Shown here: piece by piece, positions 26,607 to 35,545 of the stretch
Position numbering within the stretch: the stretch's first letter is position 1
How the letters are laid out: each line of letters opens with the position of its first letter
DNA from: a virus
Taxonomy: Duplodnaviria > Caudoviricetes
DNA: 48,267 nucleotides
IMG/VR virus record: IMGVR_UViG_3300026026_000024
Span: 1 to 48,267 of that record
Direction: 5' to 3' (one strand)
Position numbers and translations under genes: made by a program
Notes under the pieces: model-generated
Database searches by the model: none
What the model was told of the DNA's origin: nothing
The model's input: only the letters and a program-made list of their open reading frames with translations

Positions 26607-26840
26607 TTATTTATTCTTTATGGTTTTAATATATACTTCGTCACTTTTAATCAATATGGTGTCGATATTATAATATTCAACACCATTCAATGACCCCGCA
26701 ATAATTATTCTATATTGATTTGAATATAAATACACATCGGATACTTTCTTGTATTCATAATCAAATGAATACGCACGTACGCCAGGATCAGGAAGTTCGC
26801 AAGATACACAAAAGAATAACATAAAAAATAATGCTTTCAT
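26607..26840 (-). CDS. Small lipoprotein
   Basis: MKALFFMLFFCVS-C lipobox. Confidence 0.65.
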   Translation of the reverse strand: MKALFFMLFFCVSCELPDPGVRAYSFDYEYKKVSDVYLYSNQYRIIIAGSLNGVEYYNIDTILIKSDEVYIKTIKNK

Positions 26841-26842
26841 GG

Positions 26843-27046
26843 TTATTTATTTTTTGGGGTTATTGAATCAAAAGCCATTTTAGAAGCCAACTTTTCAATT
26901 TGTGAGGGTTTGTAGTCGTCTTTCATCTTACGATAGAACGTTGCTTCACAGTCCCACCCGCAAAGTTCAATCAGCTTTTTACGGTATGTTACCCTGTCTG
27001 GTTTATCCAGACTTTGATAGTTAAGTTTTAAGAGGTTTGTTGTCAT
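26843..27046 (-). CDS. Small HTH regulator (Cro-like), first gene of the leftward early operon
   Basis: LIELCGWDCEATFYRKM; directly behind promoter copy 2. Confidence 0.55.
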   Translation of the reverse strand: MTTNLLKLNYQSLDKPDRVTYRKKLIELCGWDCEATFYRKMKDDYKPSQIEKLASKMAFDSITPKNK

Positions 27047-27143
27047 TGCTTGTATGTATTTTATACACGCAAATATACAGGTTTGTTACATCTGAATGTA
27101 TGACTTTTATCATGTTTTGGTAAGATAGATTTAATCTAAATAA
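27038..27143 (-). promoter_or_regulatory. Early promoter/operator module, copy 2
   Basis: TATATTTG; ATGAT-AAAA-GTCAT; homologous to 6706-6811. Confidence 0.75.
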
Positions 27144-27171
27144 AAAAACCTGCCGGGAACCAACCGGCAGG
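27142..27171 (-). terminator. Rho-independent terminator of the late operon
   Basis: CCTGCCGG-7nt-CCGGCAGG followed by T7 on the minus strand. Confidence 0.85.
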
Positions 27172-27199
27172 CAAACCCATAACCATGAAACAAACCAAA

Positions 27200-27583
27200 C
27201 TATAATTTATTCATAAGTATGAAATAACTAAAAGCAAGGCAAACACCCTGTAAGATTAACCACATCCATAGACTTCCCTGTGTGACGATCTTAATAAAGC
27301 TGTCGAACACGCCCACACCAATGTAATTCCACTTCAATCCGGATGCCAGGTTAAACGGTATCGACTTAGCGACAAAGTGCATGAGAATTAACGGTACGAT
27401 GAAATTACGCTGCCAGTTTATCCCAATCATAATACAGCCAATGAACGTAGCTAGGTAACACAGTTTTGACAGTTCAAGGAATAGGTTAAAATGCCAGACA
27501 TTAACCGGTTTTGTCTTTGCCCTGTACATAAAAGCATCTGCAAGGGAAAACAGAAGGGGTGATATGTAGATGAAGGAGGTCAA
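27200..27583 (-). CDS. Multi-pass membrane protein
   Basis: About four hydrophobic segments; TTG start. Confidence 0.6.
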   Translation of the reverse strand: MTSFIYISPLLFSLADAFMYRAKTKPVNVWHFNLFLELSKLCYLATFIGCIMIGINWQRNFIVPLILMHFVAKSIPFNLASGLKWNYIGVGVFDSFIKIVTQGSLWMWLILQGVCLAFSYFILMNKL

Positions 27584-27626
27584 TTTGTTATTGTTAGCGC
27601 ATATTTACTAGTAGTCTCGAAAAATT

Positions 27627-29534
27627 TTATTGAGCATTAATTATATCAGCTATTCTATTTCCTAATTGTATATACCCCACTGTTTCCAAATGCGATACTG
27701 ATTCGCCAGATTTCCATGTTAGATCACTCGTGTTGATCAGATAGTATTCAGAAACTGCTGTATCATTGGCTTCTTTCGCATCATTTACTACGCTAACATA
27801 AGGATATGTTGCGTTAGGCTCATTCGGTTTACATGAGTAAAAAGGTAGATTACCGTAATGCGATCTGACTGCAGATATAAAATTAACCTCATTTACCCTA
27901 TAAGCGGCAGACCAATTATCTTCATATCCATCTGTTTCGCCCTGAAACCAAATAATCCCTTTTACTGAGTAGTTAAAATGTTGCCCTATGTATGTAATAA
28001 TCGAATCCGTATGGTTTTTAAACTTGTCAAAATACTGCCCTACGGTATCTACAGACCAAGAGGTTCCGTATTTGAAAAGCCTCGTACCTCCCCATGCGCA
28101 CTTAATCACACATGGTTTGTGATTTACAGGCAAAACAATCTTTTTAAGAAATGAATTTTCAAGTCCGAAATAAGGTTGTCCAGATGTGGGCCAGTATGAG
28201 TTATAAGTTTTGGGGTTTATCGGCTCTATCTTATACTTTGTGGCAATATATTGATCATACTTGATACCATAATAGTACGCAGGACAATCAGTCAATGCGC
28301 CCTGTCCTGCTGCATTGGATTGCCCGATTAGAAACCAGACATCAAGAGTTTGTTTTTGAGTTGCATTTTCCATTGCAGTAAGTTGACTTCCGCTTAATTT
28401 ACGATTGACAGAAATGATGTTTTTAAGATATATAGAATCTGAAATATCAGAAAAAACATAATTATAATAGTTCGATACAAAGTCTGTAGATAATTTATTT
28501 CCATCCCAGAAAGAATTCGGATCGTATAAGGTATGATTCATTTTTAATTTTGTTTCAGCCCTATTATGACTATGCTTTTCAGCGGCGAAAATACCAGTAA
28601 ACACCCTACTATAGACAGTGCTTATTGTTCCCTTTTTAATCGCTGTATCACCGGCTGCCGAGAACGGAACGTAAATGTCAGGTATACCTTCGTATTGATA
28701 AAACATATAACCTTTTTGCAAGTTATAATGATAGTAATCCTGTTTTCCCCACCGGTCATGGAGTGTTCCACCAATTAAAAGATGTTTTCCTTCTCCAGAG
28801 GTATCGAAAATCTTAAGACCATAACCTTCTGCAACCGGGTATAATCTACCGTCTACAATCAACTTCCATGCCTTACCACATTGGCCAGGATTACCGCCAA
28901 TATACCAACCAGCTGCAGGCATTGTTCCTAATCCCGTATAAGTCTTAGTATAGGTCTGCTCATTATGTCCGTCGAACTTAACTATAAGAGTAGCGGTTCC
29001 GGATCCTCCTGTTCCGGTTATATTTAACGAAAGTCTATATTTTGTTTTAAGATAATATTTGATATTTGTCAGATTGGCCGTGGACGATGTACCTAACGTT
29101 AGCGTAAAAATAGTATCGTTCATCCGTAGGTACAACCGGTTCAGAGATGACCCGTCATTGTAGGTTGAATGAATCATCTGTTTTCCAGATTGAGAAACAT
29201 TATCAAACTCCCCTTCCCACGAAACCGTAAAGTTGTTGGGATTTATGTATGTATTTGGGATGATAATATACTTGTTAGTAGCAGAATCGTGGTAACAATT
29301 GCTTTGAACCAAATCCAAATCATTGTTGTTTCCGCTTCCGTCAATCCATTTATTCAAGGCGAAATTAAGTGTGTCTGAAATAAATAAAGTATCATAGCCG
29401 TTCTCCGCCTTCACCCTCCCTATGTCAATAGTGCCGGAACCGGACGAGGCAACCGTTTCGTTATCCAGGTCAATAGTTTGGTTATACGCTACAGAGCATA
29501 ACGCTAATAAGAGTAATGTTAGTAAGTTTTTCAT
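27627..29534 (-). CDS. Signal-peptide-bearing LamG-like + SGNH sialate-O-acetylesterase (SASA) protein; putative tail spike/depolymerase
   Basis: [19 protein letters not shown]; [23 protein letters not shown]-terminal H. Confidence 0.8.
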   Translation of the reverse strand: MKNLLTLLLLALCSVAYNQTIDLDNETVASSGSGTIDIGRVKAENGYDTLFISDTLNFALNKWIDGSGNNNDLDLVQSNCYHDSATNKYIIIPNTYINPNNFTVSWEGEFDNVSQSGKQMIHSTYNDGSSLNRLYLRMNDTIFTLTLGTSSTANLTNIKYYLKTKYRLSLNITGTGGSGTATLIVKFDGHNEQTYTKTYTGLGTMPAAGWYIGGNPGQCGKAWKLIVDGRLYPVAEGYGLKIFDTSGEGKHLLIGGTLHDRWGKQDYYHYNLQKGYMFYQYEGIPDIYVPFSAAGDTAIKKGTISTVYSRVFTGIFAAEKHSHNRAETKLKMNHTLYDPNSFWDGNKLSTDFVSNYYNYVFSDISDSIYLKNIISVNRKLSGSQLTAMENATQKQTLDVWFLIGQSNAAGQGALTDCPAYYYGIKYDQYIATKYKIEPINPKTYNSYWPTSGQPYFGLENSFLKKIVLPVNHKPCVIKCAWGGTRLFKYGTSWSVDTVGQYFDKFKNHTDSIITYIGQHFNYSVKGIIWFQGETDGYEDNWSAAYRVNEVNFISAVRSHYGNLPFYSCKPNEPNATYPYVSVVNDAKEANDTAVSEYYLINTSDLTWKSGESVSHLETVGYIQLGNRIADIINAQ

Positions 29535-30040
29535 AGTGTTGAATTATGGGTTTGACGATTTAATGTGTTTGGTGGAGTATAAGATTTACCAATTATTTCA
29601 TATCCCGGCCAATTTCTTTTAATTCTTTTTCTGACTGAATTATCAGATATATCCAATCCCATGCCAGCGCTTCTGAATGAGGGATATATTTTTTCATTAA
29701 CCCTTATTGATATGCCTGTGAAATTATTTCCAAATATTGGCACATTGCGACCTCTTCCCTTTTTCTTCATATCATCCATATTATCTTGATTTGTACCAAC
29801 AAAAAGATGATCAGGATTGACACATGAAGGATTATCACATTTGTGACAAACAAGCATTCCTTTAGGAATTTCATTAACAAATAAGGCGTATGATAACCTA
29901 TGCGCCATATAAAATTTACCATTTATAATCATCCTACCATAACCTTTATTGTTTTTACTTCCCTTCCATTCCCAACATTGATTATTATTAATAATAGATT
30001 TTTCTATTATTTTTTTCTTTACTTTTAAAGATGTTTGCAT
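29531..30040 (-). CDS. HNH (His-Cys type) homing endonuclease
   Basis: CWEWKG...AHRLSY...[24 protein letters not shown]. Confidence 0.9.
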   Translation of the reverse strand: MQTSLKVKKKIIEKSIINNNQCWEWKGSKNNKGYGRMIINGKFYMAHRLSYALFVNEIPKGMLVCHKCDNPSCVNPDHLFVGTNQDNMDDMKKKGRGRNVPIFGNNFTGISIRVNEKIYPSFRSAGMGLDISDNSVRKRIKRNWPGYEIIGKSYTPPNTLNRQTHNSTL

Positions 30041-30218
30041 GATATATTTGATTTTATACCATAAAAGTAAGTATTTAAATGATAATCCGATTACAATTTT
30101 AAGGCTATATTAGCCACCATTAAATTAACCTGATATCACTCAGCTTAATGGCTCTGCATTCCCTCAACCGGTAGGGTAAGTTGATTAGACTTGTTTTACG
30201 TTCATTATCATTCAAAAA

Positions 30219-30587
30219 TTAAGCCTTTTTGCTTTCAATCCATTTCAAAACTGCACCGACAAGAAGTTCAATTGCGCCCTTGAAAATCAATCCTTCTGAA
30301 TCTTCATCCAGACCAGGAATGTCAACGAGTGAATTGAGTAAATCGGTTGCTGCAAGTTCAGCACCTTCCAAATCTTCTTTAATTGCTGCATCTGCAATGG
30401 CTGCCAGCTTTACTTTCAGTTCGGCTTTCAGTTTGTCAATTACCTGATCATCAATAAGAGTAATCAGTATTTTGGCTAAATAGCCGTCAACAAGTTCCAA
30501 GAAGCCTTTCAGTTTTACGGCTTCGTCTACTTTTTCGGCAAGAAACTTCTCCTGCGCTTTGTTAAAGATCCCTTTTTCGTCTGCCAT
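30219..30587 (-). CDS. Hypothetical helical protein in the lysis region
   Basis: 122-aa ORF. Confidence 0.65.
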   Translation of the reverse strand: MADEKGIFNKAQEKFLAEKVDEAVKLKGFLELVDGYLAKILITLIDDQVIDKLKAELKVKLAAIADAAIKEDLEGAELAATDLLNSLVDIPGLDEDSEGLIFKGAIELLVGAVLKWIESKKA

Positions 30588-30612
30588 TTGGTTAATTTTA
30601 ATTGTTTAAAAA

Positions 30613-30825
30613 CTATCGTTTGTCGATTCTGTACATCTCTTTATCTACGAAATGTTGTTTGGCTGCGTACCCTGTAAACATTGATACCAGAGCAAGCAAA
30701 ATTGCCTGATACGGTTGTGGAAGCGGAAAATTGGTGAGTATCGTAACAAGTGTCATGCCAAGCACGGTTTTATTACCATCCAATCCGGCCCACAGTTTTG
30801 CTAAAAGTTCTTTAAATCGTTTCAT
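30613..30825 (-). CDS. Putative holin (two TM)
   Basis: LDGNKTVLG motif and two hydrophobic helices. Confidence 0.5.
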   Translation of the reverse strand: MKRFKELLAKLWAGLDGNKTVLGMTLVTILTNFPLPQPYQAILLALVSMFTGYAAKQHFVDKEMYRIDKR

Positions 30826-31165
30826 TGTATTTATTTTGAAATTTTACACATTCATCCGTAAAAAATCCCAATTGGTGACAGTACATTTCATCGTTATCGG
30901 AATCCAATTCCTGACCAATAGCCAGATAAATCGTATTCAAAAAGTGTGCGCATTCATGTGCTAAATCACCATAGCTTGTATTCTTGTGAAATATTATATA
31001 AAACAGGTTTCCTTCTTTAGCAAACAATCCCTCAAAATCGCTTTTATCATCTGGAACATCTATACCCGATGTCATGGCAAAGTCAGTTATACAATCCGAA
31101 TCTTCAACGCAAACCAAATAAAGTTTGCTATGTCTGTGAAATTGTATATGAACCAGCTTTTTCAT
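30812..31165 (-). CDS. HExxH hypothetical protein
   Basis: LAHECAHF...DEMYCHQLG. Confidence 0.6.
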   Translation of the reverse strand: MKKLVHIQFHRHSKLYLVCVEDSDCITDFAMTSGIDVPDDKSDFEGLFAKEGNLFYIIFHKNTSYGDLAHECAHFLNTIYLAIGQELDSDNDEMYCHQLGFFTDECVKFQNKYNETI

Positions 31166-31962
31166 GCCCTGTATACTTTATGATCAATTATACTGTAGTT
31201 CGATACCTCAAATTCTGTCTTATCATACTCCACAAAAGCAAACCCCAAAGCCCATTCGTTGTTACGAGCGTATGGCGGGTGTTCCTCGCCAAGATGACCG
31301 GTTGACCAACATGAAACCACATGATTGTCAATTCTACGTGCGTTATGTTTTGAAGGCGTATGAAGGTGCGAACATATAGCCGAACACTTAGTTCTAGTAT
31401 ATAATGTTCTAGCGGGATTAACTAAAACACCCCTCATATTTATTTCATGCCCATGTAATACTGCTAATTTTCCAGTGTAAATTATTCTTTGATCATCTAT
31501 GCACTCAACACCTCGAACATAAAGATTGAAGTTATTGGCAAAAGTGAATGAGGGTGCGCCAATTAATTCCGGTGCTTTTGACATTAAATACTTCTCGTAC
31601 CGTTCGTCATGGTTGCCTAACTTGTAAAATATCTTTGCTGACGGGAAGGCCTTTTGAATCACATCTAACATCTGGTTTCCGGATTCAATTTCCTGAGCGA
31701 AATTCCTCCGGCGTGGATCTCTTAAGAAGTGACTTAACTGGTGAAAGTCCATGAAGTCACCGTTTATAATAACCGAATCACATTTTAACTTCTGAGCAAA
31801 TTCAAGCATTGTCAATACACCCACAAAATTATGGTAAGGAACGTGCATATCTGCTATTACCAATGTTCGTTTATGGACCAAAGGCATAACATACGGCTCG
31901 TATGAAGATTCAAAAGATTCCGGTATGTTATATTTTTTCGATAATTCTGAAAGGTCTAACAT
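31162..31962 (-). CDS. Calcineurin-like metallophosphoesterase
   Basis: ADMHVP, NGDFMD, GNHDER, LHGHE, SHLH. Confidence 0.9.
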   Translation of the reverse strand: MLDLSELSKKYNIPESFESSYEPYVMPLVHKRTLVIADMHVPYHNFVGVLTMLEFAQKLKCDSVIINGDFMDFHQLSHFLRDPRRRNFAQEIESGNQMLDVIQKAFPSAKIFYKLGNHDERYEKYLMSKAPELIGAPSFTFANNFNLYVRGVECIDDQRIIYTGKLAVLHGHEINMRGVLVNPARTLYTRTKCSAICSHLHTPSKHNARRIDNHVVSCWSTGHLGEEHPPYARNNEWALGFAFVEYDKTEFEVSNYSIIDHKVYRA

Positions 31963-32164
31963 GGTTTGTATTTTTTAGTTTTTTTCGATCTATATTACCA
32001 GATGCACCTCTGTAATATCTTATAATGCCTCGTGTGTGTTCTACGTTCGTAAATAAAGCAACGTTATCCCTGTAAATCATCCTGGCAAGCATCAATGTTG
32101 AAGCGTCTGGATATTTATTTAAATACTCTAAAACTACCTGGCCGGTCAATGTCGGACCTTTCAT
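31928..32164 (-). CDS. Small helical protein, possibly a detached N-terminal domain of the phosphoesterase
   Basis: 78 aa overlapping the next gene by 35 bp. Confidence 0.55.
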   Translation of the reverse strand: MKGPTLTGQVVLEYLNKYPDASTLMLARMIYRDNVALFTNVEHTRGIIRYYRGASGNIDRKKLKNTNHVRPFRIIEKI

Positions 32165-32700
32165 ACTACCTTTATTTCATCCACCCTGTTAATCCATCCA
32201 CGTATAAACTTTTCCTGCGACGGGTCTTTATCTACAATATAAGTATAATATTCTTTCCTGGCATGTTTATAACGAATCAGGAACGCATTATCAAGACTGT
32301 TGATAGCTTTTATCGTATTGATACCTATTATTCCGTCCACTCGCACGCCTGACAGTCTCTGTGCTGTTTTAATCGCCTTTACTGTTCCAGCGTTTACAGC
32401 AAAGTCGAAAATCTGTAAAGCGATGTTCGGATTTTCAAGTTCGTCGATGTTTAACGGCATCCAAAATTCGTTATAGTAAAAGTTGTAAACCATCTTGTCA
32501 AATTCTGGATTATCCACAAACTCGCCACGCTTTAACTGACAATTAGCATTATGTGCGTCGATTATGGGCCATCCATTCCAATTCGGATGCCATCTCCGGC
32601 TTATTCCCATGTATGTTTCTTTTCCCTTGTCGTTCGGATCGTTTGCGTAACCACCCTCACGGCGTAACACTACGGATATACAACGGTCAAATAGGTTCAT
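32161..32700 (-). CDS. Endolysin, GH108 lysozyme with peptidoglycan-binding domain
   Basis: REGGYANDPNDKGKETYMGIS, FDFAVNAG, DGIIG, FIRGWINR. Confidence 0.92.
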   Translation of the reverse strand: MNLFDRCISVVLRREGGYANDPNDKGKETYMGISRRWHPNWNGWPIIDAHNANCQLKRGEFVDNPEFDKMVYNFYYNEFWMPLNIDELENPNIALQIFDFAVNAGTVKAIKTAQRLSGVRVDGIIGINTIKAINSLDNAFLIRYKHARKEYYTYIVDKDPSQEKFIRGWINRVDEIKVV

Positions 32701-32701
32701 A

Positions 32702-32950
32702 TTATTTAAGTATTAAAACAAGTAAAGCAATTATTACTGCAGCTATACTTATAATGGTTGATATGTTAAACTTTTTTGATTCCTCTTGCTTGTCAAGTCG
32801 ATCAATCAATGTATTAACCCTATCCATTAATATAGGTACTGTTTCACGTAATCCAGGTTGACCGTTTCCGCTTATTACTTTATGTAACTCATCAACCTTA
32901 GTGCGGATTGCTGAAATATCAGCTTCCTTTGAGCAGACACAATTTGCCAT
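32702..32950 (-). CDS. Holin-like protein (coiled coil plus C-terminal TM)
   Basis: GNGQPGL motif, C-terminal TM, directly upstream of the endolysin. Confidence 0.55.
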   Translation of the reverse strand: MANCVCSKEADISAIRTKVDELHKVISGNGQPGLRETVPILMDRVNTLIDRLDKQEESKKFNISTIISIAAVIIALLVLILK

Positions 32951-32969
32951 TTTTTTTAATAGGTTATCA

Positions 32970-35543
32970 TTAATACAAAGTATATTCTAAAGCACCTATA
33001 TCTGTTGCAAAACCTAAAGGAACAGATGTTCCAATTAAATCTATTGTCGATCCATAACTATATCCACGATCAATCGCTAGCGTAGCTGTAGATTTAAGGG
33101 TATAATTGTGACCTACGTAATTTTCAAAATACTGAGCCGTTGATATATTATCAATATCTATATTATTCGATGTGTTTACCGTCGATGAAGTGTAAAAATT
33201 ATTCCTAACAATAGGGGAATTTGAAACATATACATTTATTGACCCATCAATTGTATTGTTATAGATGTCTAAGCCCAAACCTATTGGATTAAATATTCCA
33301 GTAGAAAACCCATAAATTATATTATAACTTATTTTTGTATTGAAATCCGCCTCGTCAGCAAAAAGAATGCCATATATTCCAGTTCCGTTAATGGAACGAA
33401 TTATATTTTGCCTGATAATTAAATCTTTTGCATCCCTTATTTTTATTCCGATTCCATTAGTTAATATTAAATTATCTTCATACACATGGCCTACGCTATT
33501 ATTATAAGAATCGTTGGGCGGTCGCATATAAATTCCATAACCACCCTGATTATACAGATAGCAATTTTTTATTGTGACATAATCAGGGTGCATGTAATAA
33601 ACACCTGATGCAGAAGTCATGTAAACACCGCAACCCCCACCGATAAATCGGCAATCCTCAATTACAGTATGATGATCTCTAACTTGTATGTTATATGCCG
33701 TTTCTGCGGTTGAATTAAAGCCCATATTAAAAGCACAATGCTTCGCAAATCCTCCATGCGTACCATCTGCAAACCTAAGTGCTGCTAGAGTGGATTTTCC
33801 AAATCTGCAATTAATAACATATGCGGGACTTGTTCCAATTTTTAAATGAGAAGGTTCAAAAACAGTAAGCCTCCCAACCGTATCAAATTCACAATCAATA
33901 AATTCAAACGGATCATAATTCACGGAATCTTCATAGCTGTTAGTGCTGACAACAAATTGAGACTGCCTCGAATTTATGTCGTTATTGTGTATCTTTAAGT
34001 TATAAAATCCCATATATCTGCTTTCAGAATAAGCCTCAATTGCACTTACCGTATAATCCTTCATGTCAAGGTTAAATACATAGATATACTCACACCGGCC
34101 CGTTATCCAGTTTGCCTCGTCACCGAAATACCAGCCCTGTGAATTGGATGGTGCTGTAGTTCCATCAAAAACAGGATCAGCACCGGACGAATAAACGCCT
34201 ATTAAAGTAGGATGTGTCGCACTAGCTAAATGTGCTTTGATCTCTGTAACTGCACCGTTAATTACAACACCACGCTTTAAGAAATAACCATACCCCGGCT
34301 GAAAGGTAACATCAGTTAAGTTATTGTACGGCTGTGTCCGCGTGCCTGATTCTGAAGATGAATAAGAATAATCAATAAATCTGCAATATGAATTCTCCTT
34401 TACATAAATCATTGCAGTATCAAGTTCTACCGTTCCTGCGGAAGTAGTTTGAATGATAAGATTGATAGTTGTATCTTGCCTTACTATCTTCCCGTTAATC
34501 TTAGTGTAATCAGAAATTGAAATTAATCCCGTGGCTGAATTAATAGAAAAGGCATTATTGAAGTTTGTTGTTATTGAATACGAACTTGATACACCCATCC
34601 ACGTCCAACATTTAAGCCAATAACCAACAGCATCTCCATTTGATACATTTTCAGGAATGGCATATTTTTGTTTTACTGCCAGGATGTAAGTTGAATCATA
34701 ACCATAACTGAATGATGGTATAAAAATAGATGCACCTGAAGATCGGATTGGAATAACTTTTACGTCGTTTCGATATGGGAATTTAGGTGTTTCATTTCTA
34801 TAAAAATACCCATTTGCAATAATAGGCACTTCTGCTTGTCCTAATTGGAAATTACTTGTCCCGTTATCATAAAGTGAATCAACCTGTAAGGCTGTAATAG
34901 GCCCATCGTAAAGATGCACATTATCAAGGTATCCGCCCAGCCAGTTTTGAGCAATACCGTCAGAACCAGATGATATAGCAAGTATTTTATTATCAGTCCA
35001 GTTAGTTAATATTGTTGAATCCGCCATTGGTATTTTTACGTCATTAAGATATAACGTTACATATCCACTATAAAAGTTAATAACCAAATGATACCACTGA
35101 TCATAAGCCATAACATTATTGGCAGTATAAAAATCATTGGGTGTGACACCGTCATAAGTTCGTCCGTATATTCGTTGATTTGTTTCATCCCAACGAATAT
35201 CAAAACCAGCAGAACCGCTATTTTCTTTATTGGTGAATATCATATGCGATCCACCGTAAAGATTAAACCTTCTCATCCAACAAGAAAAAGAAAATGTTCT
35301 ATCAGTGAAATTGTAAGCTGATGCTGATTCCCAGTTACTATACTCATTTCCTATCCATGAATGAGAACCTTCGTACTTTACCGAAGTGCTATAGGTCATT
35401 GGATTTACTCCTGTATGTCCCCCAGAAAAAGCGTTTCCAGAACTGTCGGCATCAGTACCGTCAAATGGTAACTTAAATATTATATTTTGACCAAATGTAG
35501 ATGATCCAATAAGAAATAATAGGATAAATAAAATCTTATTCAT
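32970..35543 (-). CDS. Signal-peptide-bearing LamG + cadherin-like + right-handed beta-helix protein; putative tail spike
   Basis: MNKILFILLFLIGSSTFG-Q; WYHLV..., GYLDNVHLY (LamG); FSINSATGLI (cadherin); PbH1-like repeats; terminal DIGALEY. Confidence 0.75.
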   Translation of the reverse strand: MNKILFILLFLIGSSTFGQNIIFKLPFDGTDADSSGNAFSGGHTGVNPMTYSTSVKYEGSHSWIGNEYSNWESASAYNFTDRTFSFSCWMRRFNLYGGSHMIFTNKENSGSAGFDIRWDETNQRIYGRTYDGVTPNDFYTANNVMAYDQWYHLVINFYSGYVTLYLNDVKIPMADSTILTNWTDNKILAISSGSDGIAQNWLGGYLDNVHLYDGPITALQVDSLYDNGTSNFQLGQAEVPIIANGYFYRNETPKFPYRNDVKVIPIRSSGASIFIPSFSYGYDSTYILAVKQKYAIPENVSNGDAVGYWLKCWTWMGVSSSYSITTNFNNAFSINSATGLISISDYTKINGKIVRQDTTINLIIQTTSAGTVELDTAMIYVKENSYCRFIDYSYSSSESGTRTQPYNNLTDVTFQPGYGYFLKRGVVINGAVTEIKAHLASATHPTLIGVYSSGADPVFDGTTAPSNSQGWYFGDEANWITGRCEYIYVFNLDMKDYTVSAIEAYSESRYMGFYNLKIHNNDINSRQSQFVVSTNSYEDSVNYDPFEFIDCEFDTVGRLTVFEPSHLKIGTSPAYVINCRFGKSTLAALRFADGTHGGFAKHCAFNMGFNSTAETAYNIQVRDHHTVIEDCRFIGGGCGVYMTSASGVYYMHPDYVTIKNCYLYNQGGYGIYMRPPNDSYNNSVGHVYEDNLILTNGIGIKIRDAKDLIIRQNIIRSINGTGIYGILFADEADFNTKISYNIIYGFSTGIFNPIGLGLDIYNNTIDGSINVYVSNSPIVRNNFYTSSTVNTSNNIDIDNISTAQYFENYVGHNYTLKSTATLAIDRGYSYGSTIDLIGTSVPLGFATDIGALEYTLY

Positions 35544-35545
35544 AG

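Noticed and set aside
30120-30150. Hammerhead ribozyme (CUGAGUGA)
   Set aside because: No correctly placed GAAA core or stem III/cleavage triplet found
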